Positions 1-18,600 of a stretch of 64,000 bases of DNA are shown here, piece after piece. The position numbers and the translations under genes are program-made. The stretch lies in NCBI RefSeq assembly GCF_000150275.1, contig NW_002060969.1, positions 248,001 to 312,000 of the forward strand, given 5' to 3'. The notes under the pieces were generated by a model that saw nothing but the letters and a program-made list of their open reading frames with translations, searched no databases and was not told the DNA's origin. Numbering within the stretch: the first letter of the stretch is position 1; each line of letters opens with the position of its first letter. Origin of the DNA: Trichoplax adhaerens. Taxonomy: Eukaryota > Animalia > Placozoa.

Positions 1-1
1 T

Positions 2-2426
2 TTAAGTGGAATCTCCAATGCAGATAGAGCTGACAAAGTTCGAATTAGGATTGAAAATATCAACGATTATTTTACCTATAGTTTATTTACTAACATTTGT
101 CGTAGTTTATTCGAAAGGCACAAGCTATTATTTGCATTTTTGCTAAGTTCCCGAATCTTACAAGACGAAAATGCTATTGATATGGCTGAGTGGAGATTCT
201 TACTTACAGGAGGGGCAGCTGTAACTCAAAATTTACCTAACCCAGCTTCACAATGGCTATCCGAACGTGGATGGACGGAAATTTTACATCTATCAGAATT
301 GTCTACTTTTCGAGATTTTGCTAGAGACTTCACTATACATGTTGAAGAATTTAAAAGAATATTTGATAGTTCAGAACCCCATAAGCAAAGACTACCTGGT
401 CGGTGGAACGAGGAAATTAATCCGTTCCAGAAAATGCTGGTTTTACGATGCATCAGAGCTGATAAACTTAGCAATGCCATGCAGGAATTTGTTTCTCTGC
501 ATTTAGGCCAAAAGTTTATCGAACCTCAAACTACAGACTTGTCTATGGCATACAAAGATTCTTCTAACGTGGTTCCACTTATTTTTGTATTATCCCCGGG
601 TACTGACCCAGCAGCGGATTTATACAAGTTTGCAGAAGAGATGAGATTCAGTAAAAAGCTTAGTGCGATTTCTCTAGGGCAAGGACAAGGACCGAGAGCT
701 GAAGCCATGATGCGTTCGGCAACTGATCGAGGGAAATGGGTATTTTTTCAAAATTGCCATCTAGCTCCAAGCTGGATGCCGGTAATGGAAAGATTGATAG
801 AGAGTATCGATCATGATAAAGTTCATCGTGATTTTCGTATGTGGTTGACTAGTATGCCGAGTCCTGAATTCCCAGTCTCCGTATTGCAAAATGGCTCAAA
901 GATGACCGTTGAACCGCCTCGTGGCATGAAGGCAAATCTTCTGAAATCTTTTAGCGGTTTTAACGACGAGTTCATGAATTCATGCAGCAAAGGCTCTTTA
1001 TTTAAAAGTTTGCTATTTTCCTTGTGTTTATTTCACGGAGTTATTTTGGAACGTCGTAAATTTGGACCATTAGGATTAAACATTCCTTATGAATTTACTG
1101 ATGGAGATTTAAGAATTTGCATCAGTCAATTAAAAATGTTCTTGGAAGAATATTCTCAAGTGCCCTTTAAAGTCTTAAAGTATACGGCCGGCCATATAAA
1201 TTACGGAGGTCGAGTTACGGATGAATGGGATAGAAGATGCGTGATGAACATTTTAGATGATTATTACAACAGCAGTGTGCTATCAGAAGATCATAGTTAC
1301 TGCGATAACGGAACCTATAGGCAAATAAATCCGTCAGTTGATTACCAAGGCTATATGCATCACATCCGTTCGCTGCCAATTAATGACTCACCAGATATCT
1401 TCGGCTTACATGAAAATGCCAGCATAACTTTTGCGCAGAGTGAGACGTTCACCCTACTTAATAATATACTAAAATTGCAACCTCGATCTTCAAAAGGAAT
1501 CGATAGATCTAGAGAAGAAATTATGGAAGAAGCCGCTAGAGCGATTCTAGACTCTATACCTGGTGCAATATCGATTGAATTTGTGGTTTCTAAATATCCA
1601 GTGAAATATGAAGAATCTATGAATACGGTACTAATCCAAGAAGTGATCCGTTATAATAGATTATTACAGATTATAGTTAACACATTAGCGGATCTTTTGA
1701 AAGCGCTAAAAGGTCTAGTAGTTATGTCTTCTTCCCTTGAAACAATGGCAAGCAATATATATGATAATGCAGTACCGGAGACATGGAATTCTAGAGCATA
1801 TCCATCTCTGAAACCTTTAGCTTCTTGGGTTAGCGATTTGATAGCAAGGGTGCAATATATCCGAAATTGGGTTGATACGGGAATTCCGGCAGTATTTTGG
1901 ATTTCTGGATTTTTTTTCCCGCAGGCTTTTCTAACTGGGACTCTGCAAAATTTCGCAAGGCGAAAAGTTGTATCAATTGACACAATTTCCTTCGATTATA
2001 GTATGATGGACGATAGCAATTTCGAAGGAAAGCCAGAAATTGGATGCTATATACGTGGGTTATTTCTGGAAGGTGCTAGATGGGATAATGTTTCTAAATG
2101 TCTCACAGAATCTAGGCCGAAGGAACTTTACAGTGATATGCCCATAGTATGGCTAAAGCCTATCGTTAATCGAATTATGCCAATGGATGGTATTTATGTT
2201 TGCCCTGTCTATAAGACGCTTACTCGAGCAGGTAAAAGTTTTAGCATGCTTGACGTAAATTATCTATCTATCATTTACAATTGTATCTGGTGACATTTCA
2301 CTAGGGACACTATCTACCACTGGACATTCCACGAATTTCGTCTTATCAATTGAAGTACCGAGCCTGAAGCCGCAGGAGCATTGGATTAAGAGAGGCGTTG
2401 CCTTAATTTGTGCGTTAGACTATTAA
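2..2426 (+). CDS. DNAH1: Axonemal inner-arm dynein heavy chain, C-terminal part (AAA6 and C-terminal domain); 5' end lies outside the window. Exons <2..2231 and 2305..2426
   Basis: Open frame from position 2 (…[18 protein letters not shown]) through the motifs [38 protein letters not shown] and [15 protein letters not shown] 73-nt GT-AG intron (2232-2304) restores RAG|[12 protein letters not shown]…[15 protein letters not shown], the C-terminus typical of DNAH1. Confidence 0.93.
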
Positions 2427-3122
2427 AGCCTTGACAAAATATCATAAACGCGAATTGTATGAATAAAATTTGGTAATTAATTGTATGTTATTATTATTAT
2501 TATATATTATAAAAATTGTACGACTCATCGTCATTTCATTTATTTCTATGTATGTCAGACGTCGATGCTTACTTCTTAACTTTGACTCTATCTTATATCA
2601 GTCTGATGTTAACTTCACAATACGTTTTAGTATTTTTTATCTCTACGTTCGGAACGATAATTAAGTGACGCCAAATATGGTAGTTAATCTGTCACAAAAC
2701 TCGTATGTGTGGCCACATGCAAGTTCACTGTTAATGCTATAACTGGAATCTTTATTCGCAATTTTGCATGTTTTCAGTTCTTTATCTGGGATTTCAATAT
2801 AACTATTTTTTTATTACAAAGTTAAAATTTTTGAATATAATTGATCTTTAATCATGATGAGTAAGAAATATAATTTGAGAACGTGATTCAATTTCTAATG
2901 TAAAAGAAATTACAAACATACGAGTACATGGAATTAAGTATATGTCCACAACATACAAACCCAACATCGGTAAATACTATTCCAGAGTGATCTCTAATTT
3001 CGTGGCTCAATAAATTGCGCTTTTAAAGGTAACAGGTACACTGTCTACCCGTATGCGCCGAATAGGACTTCGCCAGATCTTATAATCTGAACTGCTTTGC
3101 TCACAGTAGAGCGTACAGAAGA

Positions 3123-9763
<6,641 letters not shown>

Positions 9764-9913
9764 ATTTGTGATGAACTGGATTGTAAAAGTTTTACTGCAA
9801 AATTATTCACATTTGTATTTCAAGTAAGATTATTGTTTTAATTTTACTTTAGTTATTTTATTTTTTATTTTCCCATCTTTCGAGATTTACTGGAATGGCA
9901 TAACATCAGTATT

Positions 9914-10490
9914 CAGTATACAGTACTGTACAGTACAGTACAGTACAGTGCAGACTTTTCGATCTTTTTTATTATTAAATTATTATTATTACAGTATGAT
10001 CCGATGACTGCGCTGGTGCTACAGTACCGTGTTAAATGTACTGTACTGTACTGTACAAACTCGCCACGCCTGAGAACCTCTAATTTGTATGGTGATCTCT
10101 AGTGTCCTGTACACTAGAGACCCTTAGTACAGTACTGTACAGTACAGTATACTGTAGTACATTACGTATCGGAATTTCAGTGCTGTAAACCGTTCTGTAA
10201 AAACGTGTCACTGGATCAGGTTCCGGTAAATTTCGCGGTTTAATCTTAAACTGTACTAGTTAGTCTAGAAATAACCGGACCCGCTGTCCAGTAAAAAGGC
10301 CAATTTTTTAACTTTTCTCCGGTATATTCTGAAGCCGGGGTTGGTTGAGGAGTCCCTGCAGCTTTCGTGATATCCGTGTTGATACGGCTTGGCCTACTGT
10401 ACTGTACAGTACAATTCGAGCAAGTGAGCATACTGTAGTGAGTAGATACTGTACAATACTGTACACTGTACAGGACAGTACTGTACATGT
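9914..10490. repeat. ACAGT/ACTGT pentamer arrays (palindromic TACTGTACAGTA units) in the TPC2/TMEM258 divergent intergenic region
   Basis: Runs such as cagtactgtacagtacagtacagtacagtg (~9921-9950), gtactgtactgtactgtac (~10038-10056), and further runs at ~10126-10160 and ~10396-10490. Confidence 0.9.
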
Positions 10491-10634
10491 AGTACTCTAG
10501 ATCCCTCGCTCGTGTACATTACGCGTAAATACTGCTGAGAACTAGAATTTAAACGGTCGCCATCCTTATTACATGAACAAGAAAATCAACTAATATCTAT
10601 ACATCTCTTTCCGTCCCTAAAAACTAACATCATC

Positions 10635-11302
10635 ATGGTGAGCTTGTCAGCTTGTTATCTAGCGTATATTATATATCTATATCTACATACCGCATTTGTA
10701 CTTTAAGATGCTTTGTGCTGTGGATTGAGCTACAGTTTAACTTAACTGAACACTGCAAGTGCACATGTAAAATTTTCCTCATGCTTTCTATTTTATACGT
10801 ACACTCAGGATACTGCGAATACGATGATAAGATATGTCAGTCCTATTAATCCAGCATCATTTCCTTCGCTCAGCATTTTACTTCTGGCTATTGGAATATT
10901 CTTCATGTCATGGTTTATTGTGTATCTTTCATTTTCCTGTCGATTTTATTTAAGCCTTTTATTCTTTATTCATGAGAGTTACGAATCAGCTTCAAATGAT
11001 TGATAACTTGTAGAAAATGAAGACGCTATGGCTTCGTCAGATGTTTTACGATACTGTACTGTACCATGACTTTTTTTATCATTTACGTAAATTAGTAAAA
11101 GCTTTCTTAATTTATTAATACACAAGTTCGAGTTCGAGTTTGATATTTCTTGACTATGTTTTATATCATCATCAGATATGAGGTCACTTCTAACAGGTTC
11201 ACTAGAAATCTCAAGAAAGAGCTATTGGTTTCCTTCTTTGCTTCCCTTTTCTTAGGTTTTGGGGTTCTTTTCTTGGTTTTATGGGTTGGACTGTATGTAT
11301 GA
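10635..11302 (+). CDS. TMEM258: TMEM258 / OST5 oligosaccharyltransferase subunit; exons 10635-10637, 10809-10921, 11176-11302
   Basis: Spliced product [80 protein letters not shown] matches the TMEM258 family (SPVNPA…YEVTS…GFGVLFLLLWVGIYV). Confidence 0.95.
10922..11175 (+). other. U12-type (minor spliceosome) GT-AG intron in TMEM258
   Basis: 5' splice site GTATCTTT (U12 consensus RTATCCTT). Branch-site-like TTTCTTGAC at 11146-11154, with the branch A about 22 nt before the 3' end. No strong polypyrimidine tract. Confidence 0.8.
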
Positions 11303-12696
11303 AAGCAATTCCTATTCGGATGGTACTTACTCTTAGTCAACAAGATATTGTTCAGAAAAGGAATTCTACAGAGAATCCAAGTAGAGCTGTATTAAAACTA
11401 ACTTCGTTAAATTAGTGTTACAGTCCTATTAGCTAAAAACCAATTATATCTGAATGATGATTCGATTAATACTGAATGCGTAAACGTTGTTCCGCCGTTA
11501 CTTGCACAGTAACGCGTAAATGTAAAGTTTCTATCTATTAGAAAATTGCTAGTCATTGTTAGCAATCAATTACCTACAATATGAAATAGCGATTTCTGGT
11601 GTGAGATTTCGCATATTATCAATTGTATCTTAAGAAAATAAAACTAATGCTCGATAACTAGAAGTCCGTCAACGACACAAAGGTTACTAGCTCTGCCAAC
11701 TTACCGCAACACTTCCTGGTGGGTGAAAAAGTCAGTTTTTCCGCTAATTCGTGCATACTAATACAGTATTGCGTACAATTACGTGAGCTTCTGGTATTTT
11801 TAACCTACCATAATCAGGTTAGCATACATGTTATAATTTACAAGATATTGCATAAGTTTACATGCTTATTAAATATTAATTGCCATAATTTCGTTGATGG
11901 CGTTAATTACTCTACAAGATAACTGACTGGCCTATCGACATTTATATCAGACCTTTTGAATTCATACCAGATATCTCACGAATAGTTGAACATACTCTCA
12001 TGTACAGTAAAGAATTTAGAGATGAATCAGAGACTGATCCCTTACCAATTCAGCAATCATCTCTTTTAAACACTACTGTTGTCCAAAACAGTAAACTGTA
12101 TTTTATGTTATTATAGCGCCAATCCTATATCTCTGCATTGTTATTAAGTACTAGTTGATTCCTCGCTCGTTTTACTTCACGTGCTACACTGTACCAATTG
12201 TACTGTACTTATACCTTTTGCTTTGCAGGTTATCACTAACTCACTGCACTGTAATGAAATGATACAGTATTTATAATTAATTAAGAATTGAAATTGCAGA
12301 TTTAAATGTACGCATAGTATAGAATCATAGTAGAACAGCGCAGTATGTTTGAGTAAATATGTATATCGTGATCTGTAAAATTAACAAAAACAGTTATAGC
12401 TTAGCTTGTTCATTAACCCTTAATAAGGAACAATATTTGCTATTTTTGAAGAAGGCTAGTAGATAAAATAAAGATTCCATACGCGGTTTTCTTGCTTCTA
12501 TTCGAAGTCTAAAGATCAATTGTAATGCTGACAAATGCTAGTAGTAAGAAGTTCACTATCAAAAAATTGGGCGAAAAACGTTTATTTACAAAATTGATTA
12601 CAAAGCCATATTCATGATACCACACTAGATCAAACAAGGGTTATTTTCTTACTCCACTTGCGGAATCGTTATGGCATTAAATTTCTCTGCTACGAG

Positions 12697-12784
12697 GCTA
12701 ACTTATCTCTGTGTCATCTCCTAACTCCAATCGTAAATATGAGTAAATGCTATCTACCCTGAACTATCTTATCTTCGTCTCCAT
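12697..12784 (+). repeat. Dispersed repeat, copy A (direct copy B at 59328-59409)
   Basis: gctaacttatctctgtgtcatctcctaactccaa…gctatct…atcttatcttcgtctccat aligns by eye with gctaacctatctctgtgttatctcctaactctaa…gctatct…atcttatcttcgtctccat. Confidence 0.85.
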
Positions 12785-15645
12785 CTAAATCGCACATCAC
12801 TTCACCAATATTGTTAAGTCTTTTCATGGTTCTGATCTTGTGCCATTAATTAGATCATATACGCTTAATTATCTTTACTTGAAATCAGGATGCACCTTAG
12901 TAACTAAATCAAGCTACTATGAATGATTGCGATATCAACTAGGTTCATACTCACTGGCATTAAAGACTGTCTAATTCTACAATAAAAGTAAACGTTGCTC
13001 TTATGGATATAATTTTATAGTTTTTTATAGTTTTTCTCTTGTGAAATTCGCAAATTATGCATGTCGAAGTAATGAATTTCAAGGTTAATGGAGTGACGAC
13101 TTATAATTAGTTGTTATACTCTAACTCGAAATCCGCTTCTAAGTGTACACGAATTATAAATCGAATTGTATTTATTACCCTCCTATACTTACATATTGGT
13201 TGGGATGATCGAAGTCTATCTTGAAGCAGCTGATTCAAATTCATACTATAATTTAGCAAGGAATTAAGTGCAACGTTCAATCCACACTTACAGCTTCAAT
13301 TAAAACTGATACAAGACAATCAATAAAAATAACTTTCCTTAGCAAACATATAAATACTCAATAGTATTTATAGTACTACACAACTTCATTTCGACAATCT
13401 TCCAAATCTTATCTTGAAAGATTAATATGAATAATTAATTAATGAATGTACCACCTGGAATTAACTTAAATCTATAAATTTGTATTTAATGTAAAAAGAG
13501 TAAAAATGCAAATTAAATTATTATAATAAGCAATCTCATGGGTTAAATCATGTTCACAAAATTTTTATAGTTTTGTCACGGTACGAACTAACGTGAAGAA
13601 ATAGCTATCTAAATTTGGTGAATATAATATAGTGATAATATATTACAACTACTTACTTACAATAGGAATTACTCTAATTATAAATGTGTTACAGTAAATT
13701 TAATGCGTGCTGTAATGTGCACTGAAATGATTCTGTGAATGGACCTATTGTAGTCCGACTGTGAAAAATTAGTTAGTAGATGTTCTCACATAAGTATTTT
13801 TATAAGATGACTCATGAATGTTAGCTGCTGTAGAAGGGTATATAAGCCCGTCAGATAGTTGAATAAAGTAGTTCTCAATTATCTAGTTAAGTTTAACGTA
13901 GAAGCAAAGGCGTCTAAATTCTTGTGAGGTAGTTAAGGGATACTGAATCCCGGAGACTGTAGTAATTTAGAGATTTGTTTTACGTTATCCTTGTCACGAA
14001 GCTGGTTTGTGACAAGTTTACAACCAGATTTTGATAAGTAATCACACATAATCGATCGCTTTAATTAAGGAATAATTAATTTCCCGTCCCGAATCACCTT
14101 ATGCCATTATTTAAAGGTCGATTTTACAGTTCTGCATTATCGCCAAAATTCCATCGACAATGATTATTCATGTTACGTACACTGTTACACTCTACCATAC
14201 CAGCATGAAAACGATATGAGATTCAGCCTCTACTAGCTTAGGTCAACTACAGTCCTATATATATACACTACAGTATGCATAGTATTCTATATTAATAGAC
14301 TTTTAATTAATATGCAGTGCTCTATTTAACTGCAAATTCTGTATGTGTATTGTAATCTCTATGGAACTCTACAGAATTATGGTAAACTGTTACGCGAACT
14401 GTATTTGTAAGCCTATTATAATCTATGAGATTAGATTGCAATCATTGATAAAAGTGGTGCGAGTTATTTCAGGACTTTTACATAAGCTGGATATGTACCA
14501 ATATCACTGAAAGGTATAAGTGGACTGTGTAAGAATTCAATTTGAGACCTACAATAATTAATTGTTAGCCATTGCTTCAGGCAGTATAATAAGTTTCCCA
14601 AGAATATAAATGATAAATTAATTATTAACCGTGCATATGCTAAAAGTAAGGTGGGTAGTAGGCAGCGTTGTTAATAATATAATGTTATAAAATAGGGCAA
14701 TCGCATGTCAGCCTTGGGAGATTAGCAATCACATTCGTATGATATTGATTCGTAACATGAATCGTTCTATATATAAGTCTACCGGGTAAATCAAGAAGGA
14801 ATTTCGGTACTCGCAGCAGAGACTACAACAGAATCGTTTATATTAGTACATACAGATTATGAAGAGATTTTGAGATAAGATTATTCCATCAAATAGTTAA
14901 ACTACGCATATTCTGATAGTTCACTCAGAATGCCTTCATAATAACGTGATGTCACATTTAATAATACTAGTGCAAACTCCCGTCGCTTTACTGACGGTTT
15001 ACGATAATGTGCTCATTTAACAGAGGTTCAGTAACTTTATACCGTGTACTGTGTATAACAATAACCAAACTGTGATTAGTCATACTTTCTTTCATTCGTC
15101 TCAGTAGTGAAATTTTCGATTACAAAATTTATTTTGTATTCATACGCGTAATATCTACTAAGAAAGTAAGTATTAGGCATTTCTTGATAAAAGACTGGTC
15201 GCTCAAATAAATATATATAATTAATAGTAACAATTAAAGTTAAGATTAGCACTCTTAAGTGTGGCCAAAATAGTTATTAATTTGTTTTTGAATTCGAAGA
15301 GCTAAGAAGTTTTTGTGATTTTCCTTCTTTCTACTGACTTATTTCTTTTTTAGTGTTAGTGGTAAGTTACAGATTTTTCAGGATATCAATCAAATAATTA
15401 TTCAATAAACTAGTTACCAAATTGGTCATCAGATTTGCTTAAAATACGTCAGAAATTTGTACACATATTAGGTGTATAAGATTTAAAAAAACAATTAAAC
15501 TGAGTATAGATGGTGGTTGCAATTACATTGATTACAATAAGTAGAATGAGAAGAAATATCTAGATTGGATCACCAAGACTGTTCTTAGTTTGTCATATTC
15601 AGTTGATATTTTTCGACACGTTGAATTATGATTCTATTGCCATAG

Positions 15646-18600
15646 TTATATTTGGAAAGTCAGAAATGGTAATAGTGCCATATATGTCACTTTATCAATT
15701 TTCAGGTCCTGTGACTAAAAGATGATACGGTTAGTTGTAGTGATCTACACTGAAAAGAGGTTTAATTACATAACAAAATTCCTGCGGTATGTTCGAATAT
15801 TTCTGTAAAAGTGATAGCATTAGTGTGCAAATTTCTAACGGTATCAAAGGGTTATTAATTAATACAATTGACATATAGAAATTACAAAGTTACTTTTAGT
15901 TAATTATGCTCTAATGCTTGAAATATCTAATTGCAATGATTTGTTAGCAATCATCATGCATTGAATCCTGTAAAAGTTGTTAAACTACATTAAACCATAT
16001 AGTTATAACTTTCGTAAATCGTTATAACGATTATTCTGGTTATACTTTATGTCAGTATCCCTTCCTTTGAACAAGTATGTTTGCAAGTACATTTATACCT
16101 CTGATCTTAATTATGGACAGAACCTAGAAGTGATAGTGATTTTTAGATCGCTTATAATTAGGATTGCATTACTTACGATCGCATAAAATAACCCAAGTTT
16201 TTCTACGGCGGCCTGTATTGAAACTTTCAGCTTTCTTTCAGTAATTAAGCATCGCTAAACAGAATTAAGCAATGAACTAAGGCTCAATGCAATATCGTAC
16301 TTATAGACACATAATTGTCTTTATGACTGATTGTGTGAAATGCGCTGAAGACAGATAGTCAGCCGACGATTTAGCATTTAAGTAGTATTATTCATTTACT
16401 CAGAATGGTAGCGAGTAATTCTGATGTTATAAATCAATCAATCAACCGTAACTCACTTCTAAGGTGATTATGGCAACCCTGCCGCTTCCGTTGTCTAAAT
16501 CTTCATAGATTTTCTGTAAAGTGGACATGTCATTGAAATCATAAAACACGATACGAATAGTCAAATATTATAGAAGAAATTTACTGTTTTGGAGTATCTG
16601 AGTAGCACTTACTCTAAGCGAAGAATTACCTGTATATAATACAGTACACTACATGAATAAAGTAGAATCAGCTTAGAATCCCAATATAGCATACTTAAAG
16701 ATATTATTAACAATTGTTACTCTGCACCGTAAAAGTGCACACTTATTAACATCCTGACCATCTTGAAGCAATCACATAACTATATATAAGTTCGTAAACT
16801 AACTTTGTTCAACTATCGATGTGTCGATGAAATTCAAATATTCAATACGTGGATTTCGCTAAAAAATGTGTGGTGAGAATATAGTGCATAAAGACTACTG
16901 AAATGTTATAATATATTACATAGAGTGATATGAAGCAGTGAAATGAGAAATTTATACGCTGTTCACCTTACAAACAAATTATTGCAATTAATGTAATGGG
17001 TACAAAAATCACGGTTACAATACAATATGCAGTTGAGTTGAAAATAAGCAAAAATCGAAGATAAAAAAAGGGAGTGTTATTTAGATTTACGTACGATCAA
17101 TGCTGCATAATTCTCTTTATCCTCAACTTCACAATAATCTAAGTTTTCGTAGCACTGCTTTGCCATCGGACTGGAAAACCGCGATTAAACTTTAATATAC
17201 CACAATATTAATCGAGTACGTCAGTCAGAATAAATATCATATACTCGTACCTCATTGCTGCTAGGCAATCGCATAGACACTTAAACGTGTAATACTCCGC
17301 AACGCCAAAGAACGTGGTATTGTCCGAAATCCAGTGAATCTATTGTATTGTAATAGCAGTTTTCAGGACGTATGCGCATAAATATTAAATTATTAAATTA
17401 AATTAATTAATTAAACCATGCTTAATGAGTTATATTATAATTACTATTTATACTGTACTGTACGTACTGTATATTTGAACACAGAAAATAAAATTATCGA
17501 CAGATCATTAGTTATAGCAGCGATACGAAATGTTCAGTGTTAAGTAATACAAATATATCGCTGTGGAATTGCAGTACTGTACTAGACTGAGTAGACCTGC
17601 TTACTTTAATACGGCGTAGGCTACGAGTGAGACTCTTTATGCTAAAAGATATATGTACGTATGCTCATATTTATAAAATCTTATGGTTAAACCTTTTTCA
17701 GAAAGTTTCTTTGTTTGGAAGACAGGCTTCTAGGCAGTATTTTTATAATGTCGTTAAATCCTAGTCTCCTTATTGAGTTGGATAAAGATTTACATGGTAA
17801 TTAGTAACCTTTTTCATTGATTGCTGTAGGCAACAGTATACTTCCTAGATACCTACCCGTCTAAATCAGCATCTAAAGATTTAAATTCGTTTATTATCGA
17901 ACCTAACTTCTCATTATTGATAGTTGGGCTGGAAATCTGTGGCTAAATATATATATAGCACGCGAGATGAGTGGAAAGATTACTAATTGCTTAAGGAAAT
18001 TAATTAAAATATTTGAAGGTAAAAGTTGTCTCAGTTTTATCAACTATGATTAATCATCACCTATCTCTTACACTCTGCAACCTTTCTAAATAAATAGAAA
18101 CACCTATAAAGAAATTTTGTAGTTTTATAGCGATGAACTTACCTCTAACGGATTCTCAAGTTGAGAAGATTTCGGAGACATACTAGGATTTAAAAAATTA
18201 CGAATCTATGTGGAAATCTATTCTCTTAAGTATTTAGCAGTTCCTTTAGATCATATTATTAAAATTACATAAAGACAACTAGGTATGTCATGGTGCATAG
18301 GATAAGTGCAGTAAATATGACATAATGAATTCCAATGTAGCAAGCCAACATGCACCAGTAAAAGTTAAATCATAATTTTGCGGAACTTCTTACTTTATAT
18401 TTTCCGAATTTTTATCTTCTCCTTCTACGTCATTCCTATATACAATTATTTATTTTAGAATATCGCACACAAATGCAGCATACAGATCATAGATTTACTT
18501 CTAAGCTACGTAAGCTTATTAATATTTTCGAGAAAGTTTTACTGCATGTATTAGTCGCTTTTCTACCATTTTAATAAATCCAAAATTAAAAAATTTTAAC

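Noticed and set aside
226-1983. Antisense and alternate-frame ORFs overlapping DNAH1 (and similar ones over CEP290, Syt1 and Syt7)
   Set aside because: They are shadow ORFs of the real coding strand with no independent motifs.
2232-2293. ORF-track C-terminus of the dynein ([11 protein letters not shown]…CIW)
   Set aside because: This is intron read-through. Splicing 2232-2304 gives the conserved [11 protein letters not shown]…ALDY end.
10280-10310. Reverse-strand GCCTTTTTAC resembling U5 snRNA loop 1, and an Sm-like AATTTTTT
   Set aside because: The loop has an extra U, the flanking U5 stem is absent, and the Sm-like motif is on the opposite strand.
13990-14016. Small hairpin cttgtcacgaa-gctgg-tttgtgacaag
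   Set aside because: It is an isolated 11-bp stem with no supporting context, plausible by chance in 64 kb.
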